In this document: positions 57,501-61,628 of the stretch, piece by piece
Position numbering within the stretch: position 1 is the first letter of the stretch
How the letters are laid out: each line of letters begins with the position of its first letter
NCBI GenBank assembly: GCA_015055815.1
Contig: SVHM01000002.1
Coordinates: 7,520 to 71,519, forward strand
Direction: 5' to 3'
DNA: 64,000 nt
DNA from: Clostridiales bacterium
GTDB taxonomy: Bacteria > Bacillota > Clostridia > Christensenellales > UBA1242
The notes under the pieces: model-generated
Database searches by the model: none
What the model was told of the DNA's origin: nothing
What the model saw: only the letters and a program-made list of their open reading frames with translations
Position numbers and translations under genes: made by a program

Positions 57501-57611
57501 ACCACCCACTTTCGAAATGGTGACAGAAGCATATGGATCTTCATCTCCACAAGCAACAAAGCCAAAAATCGAACATAGCATTAAACAAAATATTACAAGC
57601 TTCTTTTTCAT
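42546..57611 (-). CDS. Giant surface lipoprotein (5021 aa), a paralog of the 8022-aa protein with about 4 GLUG-type repeat cassettes
   Basis: The ORF is an uninterrupted 15,066 nt. The start is ATG at 57611 with the SD GGAGA 7 nt upstream. The signal peptide is MKKKLVIFCLMLCSIFGFVA|C, with the lipobox FVAC. The architecture and entry motifs match the 8022-aa protein (e.g. HPTPIRTQEELVKY...NYILLNDINLIDWEPMD...LDGNGYVLKVSSF). GGxxG repeats include IGGFVGNA, AGGIVGRI, VGGILGES, VGGIVGSA and IGGIVGNY. Confidence 0.93.
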   Translation of the reverse strand: MKKKLVIFCLMLCSIFGFVACGDEDPYASVTISKVGGNEPIHLMLEEVRDGVYESTSVSFEVQVSAETDVDLGVSVGAGRGFITTTSEYIGDGKTKITANAISPSNKGPFTLEVSAISGGEKCQIPFIIDVKLNDFDFKQNSLISAIRKGDSIDLSEVKSFIDFKPQETTQQNLKFDVVIPDGSTGDGVQYSVAQEELEFGKFAKFVNGTTLQTYSTYLDAESKEQPVTYPKKTLSSGSFDENAQATYDEVVRISATYSDDDETTSDIVKYFDVVVLNDCTDIKLLSSLEEQNEKDVLASVSDKYEYNVKLVDQGAKGRLSADPNIPLSYYFGRALKLEYKAGNPSDFEVVSIVDGEEVKAVLPKHGKCVSILPSGELNAFSVESLFAGTYTHTFLLRHKEYPQAISHEIIVNFEVVSLPNTLYINNQELSLNPFLICDNYPGNGAEFNVQLGDALEIQAGTYRNWNYYLATDSDQLASKLTLNVKGMQETVNFARLGADSLEKGEDPVVFGYGSVFYLKHEFSDLSEVADNTIYIAIEFSLDTLSDEISTQYIYYPIKLKFEKTLATFFGENYEKTLFIDTADLSSAKTKLFALESELTPQKVVQSIEYDKENLKIDYEWSEEEGYVYYVEPLKTMKKDFKVTFTAKHNKLQESITIKCYMTSFYSLHSDAPLALEMLSTSNSYLYYVTNTTLPVEGEGTTGASALEDGGDDAETFDPKAKCEFGGINYESVAKLFMHPNSSVSLGIYDFLKGERIDISKNVKISIGNNRYVALQDGILTTQGETGETQITISYEFYRLDNKTIKLENRRAVLYVYILQDFKDLEVDVNLVNDTIYLQDYLGYYDIVNPNKNKMHEKHISTNFNKLTHAGVNKDWVGMKIGFSANDEAISLTYSYEMMSARPIYDSNGQQVKIKSQKTTDEYALEYGDLFRVDKNETTGECVVTCVMSEDLKNFINNHITIGQETILREIISSNNIVFQVDIKVRQFNYETVASSVTFRASVPEKTNGVKLDVGKQGIYEEIVGGSDSIRTRRIGYTINNFNATNKKLTIIQDVETTMFTTQIVQTNNGNTGYIEITPKPGASASEYYIVITTEDNIKGLSQSGDGFDFYNGSNMFVQTVRVTYSDGSVSHPFEISTIDDFDRMVNNVNEGHYNYYVLVNDIDLSSKNNFTPINLTNTAGRVFSLSGKFVSGTGKDQTTYYSSILNLRIRKNLTSSNSSAVENIGLFGKIATGVEVKLEYLTIKNAEIVINNSLNSGFTGTVNVGIFAGLTDGGGVSQSSMSGVRVVDNTSYCKINSCVATGTIEVIGGNTAGTINIGGFVGNATKTAILGLPDNRVIGVSSTYDNANVVIKLSNCGSSYVAGGIVGRINSCQLTDLQVVSLITAKKVGVFGGCVGLSSDAPSNISSVTASPKILVETDSNNTLKVGGILGESTASTDITHAIVYFVNIGNDYLGIEKINFRLDAPNSQAIVGGIVGSAYGNINYSYVRSFYNSTIGDNYLGNIYANVDKTSEIGGIVGNYSHGIIKSSYFDGDIAVVKNDGNFAKTGLMLGGYKNVEILDSYAVGLIYRSEDGNTFVEVKDVVNGASIIGSIEFIDKEFVLAIVNNEENEEDDQVSAVNSEETLILKISNSYAVLNNNVGFIVKTESSKIVLAGIYSEGNLLGDEIKNSLTKITDGSVAYDSENHKWFYNTNNKINTVGLNETTYQILPIIIDDKGKLMYDLVATGIDVGIDGSFKYDIHYDDENGRHHQILMLLRENPVYNIVISEELDGDDDKTCTLVVSYRGETIDATNFKLKSNDRIELSILEDGDKGVFKLQGNTIVPLKAGKATLVISSYLDRDIKAEILIKVMHGISSNYHLENSSHEEVTEIANKTMYVTERNTFYIGDDNSTANDVKYLFHLVSCGVTIDNTYTNTGNIIVNGVTVNDGGVILLNNKQLDIIPKCKIGTMVNFKLVPILNLGDVTYNGTYEGISYPNSYIMKDESMIKSFTFDVTGRTIELVNDLDSSVVSVSSSTQAVLSIVTNNITTTVTEGTNPTTTYSLGTTNLNELSFIFTNKKFILPQNIVGADGSDNTVSGNVVTMGTKGEFNYALFTFKFKPYTYEALSDGMFKVSIEYEVVFNETFYIDNAHMYDLSNINCKMTVMSETNTGLYSLVNWSIAPNELSRIYMDYYPRTQESNREYTILTETNTSSSMVYNENGIMKLTLDEKLNNSSYVEVLIPIEFKNDIILKQVSGVVDADTGILSKYYDIQNLGDARDHGGKYFGIRLARQTSSNDNIINYGNTYYIRLCMIGRLPKTSQIPVIVHSYEVKNNIATKTYENQKILSVQELPELSVALKGETDVERNVIGRGVKKQLDINIENITNNIYYSISTNSGKDIDKIFVARYNGNKLEKANGVLDISYINSYFVCVDVECTVSEATIEFYASEVVLGEVEIATEELTFKIVEFEIDYITIDNEASYKNNDYSKAYITINQAEGFNIALTIKYKPIEIGTTEEVEKYKRALEDESIGTMSNKNKFEYQLARTEISNSTSSIISLNSDVSEYWLYCYDAEHQLYEKMDTFNTTYNNVKLITSSEEKDGYTYSYASLVGKIVSENNQFRLQFKYFYDYSEIEVDGKKVYTGMLKLGDTGNVYEKVIDIIITVEDNSTEDHPTPIRTQEELVKYCNSKEGEGNYILLNDINLIDWEPMDINCRMLDGNGYVLKVSSFNMDKFRNQEKANAGIFSTISEHTLLKNITIDISELLVTETKFLNDEAILENSKAETYVHNQSNIDLSYIKNVNFGVLAGENNGTITNVKVVNTYNASANNSESEYFHVLVKQRDDLGTDYNHNIAGLVAVNNGYITNSFAGISSKTDSNGSIIKIAPAPSDSNSNENQASIPSINVYPFAIVSGNVIGGLVSQNTKIISNSFVKGVGIYNLYPLGNKSATGGFVANNSSSGLITSCYAEGQTIESYRAVEDISMIESRGSVGGLVYENAGKILNSYANVYIEHRGAFSGAFVFNNTNTGTIENSYSAGTKKNSSNAYGVFTGIENANINNSGTYTNCYYLILGNEATVSSEKAVGMLKCGNENLFAPANNWYGFKFATGDAGNGEWKMGTYLPKLESCEKETFSHRTLLIDNSDSGTTGTDSTMTEYMYYYQYHSTYSYGLAVNPIILDSALDFNNYILNYSDPINNANPNAGREVITGTHFRMVKDLDFTGLTTATKCKNSYIFQTIFSGVLDGNGMSLKNLSLNVGEEEELNIDKFGLFGSIQGGTIKNLTITLSGYSSGSDVTYGGILAGTITNNSTINNVHIIGSGNGNGKVITAKNMAGALAGKIDNCNISDITVENIAISLGYSSVKNGVNFSSNVSHDYKTYSTNVAGNTEMYTFVHYDGSNDSRVSYAGGIAGVLQDSEVYDVTVKGNFEIQQSDIAGGLFGFVGKIGNVTTKVETSKFIVSGGQSIKSFNIAGGLVGELYNAEIDYSSIEHDKALQDRIDDSMLLSDKDRERGYNDLFKLSSIYNIAVGGIVGYMKNAELSNSYSKVNVINPNSFIAGGLVGYVDNEIVTAVNKISYCYSTGSVYSGRIIGGSIGLQLGTTLNMDRVVALTDWNNAGKDDNEINYRNKITERLYSNQVGYYIGNGNYNNFYIKMPEIGNLAPITPTVADDDEHYNRDFAYTNSNIKYLVGSSIGKVVYEVTESNEVDDEIVTTITYPDFIDVTTTNITNIVDQDHNITGVVFSNTLGRYTSSTNSYLDGNKVDSYEKDPFTISISGIGNRSIGSYRYAYRPVEESTEMSSEVTTNKDSLQYSATKSGYYDIMSFPQIFTAQEYAEQLMGAYSELVASGTSKTNKFTRSVFDEKYDRKSRFAGSQVTDGINTEFVLIDGSSNWVMDEYLPAFKSSVDTTKEISTQDQFINAINTKSDATHILTGDITIEIEDKRDVWIRDSIKFSLIGNQVEVSNAQVLSGEGISARRNPRIEFNIINSSTVHSIFNIIDNVTWKNVDIIINYSNGDCNVTTDNFGLFVNTLNRSLFDNCNITINMGNKAISNNINIGAVNVGLVFGVVQTTQIADVNVRVVNNVEIGEDVTVYDGNISIQDGKNFGIVAGNFASSSLNNVTVDSDMSDIKLVVANGEYNVGMVGSTTGSSLYNVTNNINKLSITSSKSTVNAGGFVGNQDNSDIISVANSVNKMKIVLSGNTSTDDETYVSIGGFVGKAFNVNITQSTVNSECSITVSNITAQSYIGGVVGRVVDSDNTSSLSLTNVSNFADIGVSSTANSSNGIYVGGIIGYVKNFIGNTIYANSEITANVQCKLYVGGVVGYAKKSFTVTNVLVAGMINALSNSMLYCGGILGHRDQFITMQGFSVLATITDGDGVGRHSTSNTNYMAGVTYDSKRMDTLTNGFVYTEIPSGKNTYAISKYTTDTTIENVYFAQEFATNNYESNDSFFNTFALADLYFSTDNPETTEIVELTIEANTSTSLFAYDDDNNYKMDTIACGNVKVFVPKAFTDSLTELNFTDYRFNLEMFSVSGNNITDNKYYVINESANVPSGIASVGEKTIISGRTQINNDVISFSTLTAGSTSGSGVAVTSYIIGTNNGVISNLRIDLSGDLAFCNTNSSNGLIVGVSVYGNSGMLIDINGNATSDGNITSAFTVGNAGNIYKCISSYVAVNANCKTIYAFSSNNTGKIIDVYSATIGYSGETKYKLYLVKNANSGYCKNYVIYVPQEVSKFNRLNDEGNISQLVKISKDNEVWEKYDNGEYGFVLPLQEHVFRVKLLVNGTLLESISELNSQMSDPDNIDSDYVFTYSLEINSESEIPTYDGATVKLIYNDTQLIELFKGLEKDYYYRSELKNSIILLIGDSFELKLPSDFTFMVISENSAIIGIPLGDDVKKVTMEITDNNGFDVFIQVNSGLIANINFNFQNQNFNECTPITQNIGVIYNVALSNLTIFVTNNNAKEELNSVQLYMSNSLYVFCGDKNGPYCGTLIRCMVDQYKIQFDYNGKVHTLLFSNSANNYGQLTEVEGVPGRYQVVCFSRYN
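57549..57611 (-). other. Lipoprotein signal peptide and lipobox of the 5021-aa protein
   Basis: The n-region is MKKK, followed by a hydrophobic core and the sequence F-V-A-C21. The Cys codon is at 57551..57549. Confidence 0.75.
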
Positions 57612-57686
57612 TTTTCATTCTCCAATTAATTATATATTTCGCAATTTAAAATCGAAATATTATATATTAAATACATAATCTAATAT

Positions 57687-57715
57687 ATTTTATAAATTTT
57701 GTAGTATTTTGTCAA
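57687..57715 (-). promoter_or_regulatory. Sigma-A type promoter of the 5021-aa gene
   Basis: On the minus strand, TTGACA (57715..57710) is followed by a 17 nt spacer, then TAAAAT (57692..57687). The leader is about 70 nt. Confidence 0.55.
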
Positions 57716-57768
57716 ATAATATAAGTGTATATTATAAAAGAATTAAAATATTTTTACATCCAAAACTC

Positions 57769-57797
57769 TTGCATCCAACCCATCACTATGATAATAT
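57769..57797 (+). promoter_or_regulatory. Sigma-A type promoter of the ttcA-like gene, divergent from the giant-gene promoter
   Basis: TTGCAT (57769-57774) is followed by a 17 nt spacer ending in TGa, then TAATAT (57792-57797). Confidence 0.5.
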
Positions 57798-57818
57798 ATC
57801 ATAGAAAAGAAGGTAATT

Positions 57819-58547
57819 ATGAAAAGAGTTTTGAGTTTAATAAGACGTGCTTGTGATGAGTACAGTTTAATAGATGATGGTGATAAAATAGCAATAGGAG
57901 TGTCAGGCGGAAAAGATAGCCTAGCACTACTTAAAGGAATGGCTATGTTTAGCCGATTTTCTCCAAAGAAATTTACAGTCGTTGGAATATCAATTGATAT
58001 GTTTGATGGGAAGTCAGACTTCTCGAAAATTAAAGAATTATGCAACGATTTAGGTTGCGAATACCATGTAGTAAACTCACAAATTTTCGATATAGTTTTT
58101 AATGAACGAAAAGAAAGTAACCCTTGCAGTTTATGTTCCAAATTAAGACGTGGAATGCTTAACACAAAAGCCCTTGAGCTTGGATGCAACAAACTAGCAC
58201 TAGGACACACCGCTGACGACTTAATTCACACATTTTTGCTTAGCATGTTCTACGAAGGCAGACTAAACACTTTTCAACCCAAAACCTACTTAGACAGAAC
58301 AAAAATGACAGTTATACGTCCACTGATACTGACAGACGAAAAATTAATTTCAACAGTAGCAAAATCACTACCCGTTTCAAAAAGTAATTGCCCCGCAGAC
58401 AAACATACAAAAAGAGAATTAGTAAAAGACATATTAAAAAATATTCAAAAAGATATACCAATCGCAAAAGATAGACTATTTACCGCACTTATCCACCCAG
58501 AAAGATACAACCTTTTAGACAAAGAATTTAATAAAGACAACAAATAA
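57819..58547 (+). CDS. ttcA: PP-loop ATPase, TtcA-family tRNA 2-thiocytidine synthetase-like (242 aa)
   Basis: The product has the SGGKDS PP-loop (IAIGVSGGKDSLALL), the NPCSLCSKLRRG CxxC motif and LALGHTADD. The SD AAGAAGG is present. Confidence 0.75.
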   Translation: MKRVLSLIRRACDEYSLIDDGDKIAIGVSGGKDSLALLKGMAMFSRFSPKKFTVVGISIDMFDGKSDFSKIKELCNDLGCEYHVVNSQIFDIVFNERKESNPCSLCSKLRRGMLNTKALELGCNKLALGHTADDLIHTFLLSMFYEGRLNTFQPKTYLDRTKMTVIRPLILTDEKLISTVAKSLPVSKSNCPADKHTKRELVKDILKNIQKDIPIAKDRLFTALIHPERYNLLDKEFNKDNK

Positions 58548-58576
58548 AAAACTCCTAATTATAGGAGTATTTTTTA
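58545..58576. terminator. Bidirectional terminator shared by the convergent ttcA-like and spoIIID genes
   Basis: A perfect 7 bp stem, actccta / taggagt (58551-58568), has the loop atta. It is flanked by an A-run upstream and a T-run downstream. Confidence 0.7.
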
Positions 58577-58593
58577 TATTTGCATAGTATCTT

Positions 58594-58839
58594 TCAATTT
58601 ATTTTTAACTTAGCATACTTTTCTTTGGTGGCAAGTCCACCCCTAATATGCCTTTCTTTATAATTTAAATTTAAAATCTTATATACTTGATAATACAAAA
58701 ACTTATTTGTAATCTTAAGTTTTTTTGAAATATCATTATGTACAGTACTTTTTCCAATATTAAAATTTTCTGCACACTTTCTAATAGTGCATTTATTATC
58801 TATTATGTAAATAGCAAACAATTCTTCTCTCTTTCTCAT
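58594..58839 (-). CDS. spoIIID: SpoIIID-family sporulation transcriptional regulator (81 aa)
   Basis: The product is colinear with SpoIIID. It has the HTH segment IRKCAENFNIGKSTVHNDISKKL and the C-terminal basic motif ERHIRGGLATKEKY. The SD GGGGGAG is strong. Confidence 0.85.
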   Translation of the reverse strand: MRKREELFAIYIIDNKCTIRKCAENFNIGKSTVHNDISKKLKITNKFLYYQVYKILNLNYKERHIRGGLATKEKYAKLKIN

Positions 58840-58929
58840 TTTCTCCCCCTAAGCCAGAAAGTTAAAAAATGATTATCTAATCAAATCATTATTTGCTATA
58901 AAATATGACAAATTTTTACATAATATTCC

Positions 58930-58964
58930 AAAAAAAACAAAAAACACCTAGCCAAAGCCAGATG
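58930..58964 (-). terminator. Intrinsic terminator after acpP
   Basis: The minus-strand RNA reads CAUCUGGC-UUUG-GCUAGGUG (8 bp, two of them G-U), followed by UUUUUUGUUUUUUUU. Confidence 0.65.
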
Positions 58965-58972
58965 CTTAAATA

Positions 58973-59215
58973 CTATTTAGATTCTTTTGAAGTTTTTGAA
59001 TCTATTAATTTAACTATATCAGCAACAGTTTTTAATTTAACACTTTCTTCATCAGTAACTGTAATATTGAAATTATCCTCCAAAGTCATAAGCATTTCAA
59101 CTACATCTAAAGAATCTGCACCTAAATCTTCAATTACTCTACTACCTTCTGTTATTTTTTCAGCAGGAATATTTAATTGCTCTGCCAATAATTGTTTAAC
59201 TTTATCGAATGTCAT
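58973..59215 (-). CDS. acpP: Acyl carrier protein (80 aa)
   Basis: The product reads MTFDKVKQLLAEQLNIPAEKITEGSRVIEDLGADSLDVVEMLMTLEDNF, with the DSLD phosphopantetheine-attachment motif. I moved the start to the ATG at 59215 (SD AGGGGTGA), because the track start at 59224 is a GTG. Confidence 0.93.
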   Translation of the reverse strand: MTFDKVKQLLAEQLNIPAEKITEGSRVIEDLGADSLDVVEMLMTLEDNFNITVTDEESVKLKTVADIVKLIDSKTSKESK

Positions 59216-59284
59216 AAAATTCACCCCTTTAAAAAATACAATTATATTGTAGCAATTATTTGAAATTTAGTAAAGTAAATTAGA

Positions 59285-59884
59285 CTACTTAACTTCAATA
59301 TCTAAATAAGCAGCAGGATCAATCTTTTTACCATCATCAGTCATAGAAAAATGCAAATGAGCACCAGCATCACTCTCACTAGTTGCACTTGCTGAAACTT
59401 TTCCTATCTCAGCACCACCCTTTATATGGTCGCCTTCTTTAACTAAGATATTATCATCAAGAGAAGCATATGTTGATACAATACCATCCTCATGCTCAAT
59501 CACAACAACATTACCTTCAAGAACATTTGAATAGACATCTTTAACAACTCCATCACTAATAGAATATACAGCGCTTCCATTTGCTACTTGAAAGTCTATT
59601 CCATTATGAGTTTCCCATTGTTTAAGAGTTTCATTATATACAAGTTCATCCCCATAATATCCTTTGTAAATTGAAGCATTCAAAACAGGCATATATGTCA
59701 TAGTAGTTTGAGTATTTGTATCAACAATATTATCATTATTAGGAATATCTTCAACAGTATCTGAATTAGCAGAAGCAATTATAATAGTTAATAAAAAACC
59801 TAGTAACAATACCCCCAACAACATATAATAACCATACTTTTTAAATGCATGAGCCATCCTTTGTTTAAATGTATAATTTCCCAT
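59285..59884 (-). CDS. Membrane-anchored M23/LytM-family metallopeptidase, SpoIIQ-like (199 aa)
   Basis: The N-terminal TM segment is YGYYMLLGVLLLGFLLTIIIA. The LytM domain has intact Zn ligands, HNGID (HxxxD) and HLHF (HxH). The architecture and the location next to spoIIID resemble clostridial SpoIIQ. The SD GGAGG is present. Confidence 0.8.
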   Translation of the reverse strand: MGNYTFKQRMAHAFKKYGYYMLLGVLLLGFLLTIIIASANSDTVEDIPNNDNIVDTNTQTTMTYMPVLNASIYKGYYGDELVYNETLKQWETHNGIDFQVANGSAVYSISDGVVKDVYSNVLEGNVVVIEHEDGIVSTYASLDDNILVKEGDHIKGGAEIGKVSASATSESDAGAHLHFSMTDDGKKIDPAAYLDIEVK

Positions 59885-59943
59885 AGAAACCTCCGTTTAA
59901 GTTTTGTTAATTATAACCACCTTAAAAACTTTTATACACAATT

Positions 59944-60300
59944 TTAAAAAGAATTTTTTATAAGTGGAATTCCCACTTCACACACATTATCATATACAGA
60001 TATTTGAATATTAACTCTATTATTATCTATAATAACATAATCAGAAATCTCACTACTATAACACTCTAAAATTCTTCTATCTTCAAGATAAAAATCATTT
60101 ACAATTTCAGCATTTGATTTGTCTAAAAAATCATTAAGATACAGACTTAAAAATTCATATTCATTTTCACCAATACAACTTACATTTTCATCACAATTAT
60201 TAACTAAAAAATTATAAGTATAATTTACATTATTTAGATAAAAATTAACAACCAACAAAACACCCAATATAATAACACAACAAACCCTTTTTATTAACAT
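59944..60300 (-). CDS. Hypothetical small protein with an N-terminal signal or anchor (118 aa)
   Basis: The N-terminus is MLIKRVCCVIILGVLLVVNFYL. The SD AAGGGA is present, and the gene is co-directional with the M23 gene 59 nt downstream. Confidence 0.55.
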   Translation of the reverse strand: MLIKRVCCVIILGVLLVVNFYLNNVNYTYNFLVNNCDENVSCIGENEYEFLSLYLNDFLDKSNAEIVNDFYLEDRRILECYSSEISDYVIIDNNRVNIQISVYDNVCEVGIPLIKNSF

Positions 60301-60454
60301 ATATTTCCCTTATATATTTCAAACTATTTACACATAATAATTTTAGACAAATACATAATTTTTAAAACATTTTACTAAGTTTTTATAATATTTAATTTTA
60401 ATATTGAATTTTAGGTAATTGTCATTATGTATATAGTATTTGTCAATATAACAT

Positions 60455-61576
60455 ATGTTAGAAAACAATATCATACTATTTAACAACAAAATAAAGCCAA
60501 TATCGATTTTTGTAATTTTTTGTATTTTTTTATATATTATTTATTTTTCACTTGTCAACCAGCAAAATATTTTATATAAAAATCACACACAAAACAACAT
60601 AGTTAAAACATCGAATTTTTATGGCGAAAATTTAACTCAATATGACGGTGAAATAGAGTGTTTATCTTTTAACACTTTAATATCTTTCCCCGATAAAATT
60701 TTTATGAATTACAACACAAATAGTTCAAACATTTTTGATGACAAAATTACAGCACAAGAATTTAAAAACATTTTGCAAAATTTATATGATAATAATTACA
60801 CTCTTTTAGACATAGAAAGCGTATATTCGACACATGAAAAAACCACTTACAAATCATTTCTATTCCCTGTAAACAAAAAACCACTTCTAATGTTTTTTCA
60901 AAATGTGACATACAGAAGCAGTTTTAAAAATACTGGTGAAATTGATAAAATAATTATTGATAGAAATAACAATTTAGCATCGTATAGCACGAAGCAAAGT
61001 ATTCAAGATAGAATTCACTATGACAACGAATTTATTTTAATACTAGAAAACTTCATATCAATACATCCCGACTTTTCTTTTAATTCAGCTCGTGGAGTTA
61101 TTTGTTTTTCTGGCGACAACGGACTACTTGGATACAACACATCACACAAAAATGTAAGTTACAAATACGAAACAAAAAGAGTTTCTCAAGTCATCAGACG
61201 ACTACAATCAATGGGTTGGAAATTTGGATGTAATAACTACTCATATGTAGACAACTCCAACCTTAGCGATATACAATTTGCTAAAGATTTATCTTTATGG
61301 AAAAACGAAGTTGAACCAATTATAAATATCACCAACATCTACTCATTCCCCTACGGCAACAAAAACATAACACCAGAAAAACAAAATCTATTACTTGAAA
61401 ACAACTTTGAAATTTTTATATATAAAGACAATGCAAATTGCAACCAATTATTAAAAGACAATTGTTTATTTATATCAACTAGAGAAATAACTGGGCAAAC
61501 ATTATTAAATAATAGAGAAGATTTTTTACACTTATTTGATTGCAATAAAATTATTGATAAAAATTTTAGAAAATAA
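60455..61576 (+). CDS. Hypothetical N-terminally anchored extracytoplasmic protein (373 aa)
   Basis: This is a long ORF with one N-terminal TM segment (ISIFVIFCIFLYIIYFSLV). There is no clear SD at 60455, so the start is uncertain. I do not confidently recognise a family. Confidence 0.6.
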   Translation: MLENNIILFNNKIKPISIFVIFCIFLYIIYFSLVNQQNILYKNHTQNNIVKTSNFYGENLTQYDGEIECLSFNTLISFPDKIFMNYNTNSSNIFDDKITAQEFKNILQNLYDNNYTLLDIESVYSTHEKTTYKSFLFPVNKKPLLMFFQNVTYRSSFKNTGEIDKIIIDRNNNLASYSTKQSIQDRIHYDNEFILILENFISIHPDFSFNSARGVICFSGDNGLLGYNTSHKNVSYKYETKRVSQVIRRLQSMGWKFGCNNYSYVDNSNLSDIQFAKDLSLWKNEVEPIINITNIYSFPYGNKNITPEKQNLLLENNFEIFIYKDNANCNQLLKDNCLFISTREITGQTLLNNREDFLHLFDCNKIIDKNFRK

Positions 61577-61627
61577 AAAAAGATGATACGATTTAAACTT
61601 CTAATAAGTTTTCATATCATCTTTTTT
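61575..61627. terminator. Long compound hairpin acting as a bidirectional terminator between convergent genes
   Basis: The outer stem is gatgata (61582-61588) / tatcatc (61615-61621), extended by flanking A and T runs. The inner stem is aaactt (61595-61600) / aagttt (61606-61611). Confidence 0.55.
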
Positions 61628-61628
61628 A

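Noticed and set aside
18000-57600. Numerous 60-108 aa ORFs in the other five frames inside the two giant genes (e.g. 20061..20336+, 36905..37192-, 44681..44878-, 51361..51687+, 57192..57485+).
   Set aside because: All lie fully inside the 24-kb and 15-kb reading frames. They have low-complexity I/L/F/N-rich translations typical of off-frame AT-rich DNA. None has an SD or start context that I could see.
17994-57611. Whether the giant proteins are polymorphic toxins (CdiA/Rhs/LXG-like) with downstream immunity genes.
   Set aside because: No small ORF follows either gene, only about 0.5-kb non-coding spacers with terminators. I saw no YD/Rhs, LXG or pre-toxin motifs. The N-termini are lipoprotein signals rather than T5SS or T7SS signals.
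17994-57611. Whether the giant proteins are IgA-protease-like GLUG zinc metalloproteases or sortase-anchored adhesins.
   Set aside because: My visual scan found no HExxH motif (only HEKH and similar near-misses). The C-termini show no LPXTG motif followed by a hydrophobic or basic tail. A manual scan of 13,000 residues can miss things, so an HMM search should confirm this.
17994-57611. Whether the giant genes contain exact DNA tandem repeats, or phase-variable homopolymer or SSR tracts near their 5' ends.
   Set aside because: Equivalent protein motifs in different cassettes use different codons. I saw no long homopolymer or microsatellite tract at either start; the longest is A5 at the 57611 start. 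I could not run a computed self-dot-plot.
57612-57620. An upstream ATG at 57618, seven nt before the annotated start of the 5021-aa gene.
   Set aside because: It is out of frame with the giant ORF. It abuts the GGAGA SD with no spacing. The ATG at 57611 has the proper 7-nt spacing.
57743-58210. A 155-aa minus-strand ORF overlapping the ttcA-like gene.
   Set aside because: It is antisense to a gene with clear PP-loop and CxxC motifs. It has no recognisable motifs of its own. It would start inside the divergent promoter region.
58840-58930. A possible sigma-E type promoter (GTCATATT element) upstream of spoIIID.
   Set aside because: Only the -35-like half resembles the Bacillus sigma-E consensus. 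I could not find a convincing CATACA-T -10 at the right spacing. This is too weak to call from sequence alone.
58905-59252. A 115-aa plus-strand ORF antisense to acpP.
   Set aside because: The minus-strand frame encodes an unmistakable acyl carrier protein with the DSLD motif. The plus-strand frame is S/T/I-rich low complexity.
60455-61576. Calling the 373-aa anchored protein a polysaccharide deacetylase.
   Set aside because: It bears only a vague resemblance, and the TFDDG-type and His catalytic motifs were not found. I left it as hypothetical.
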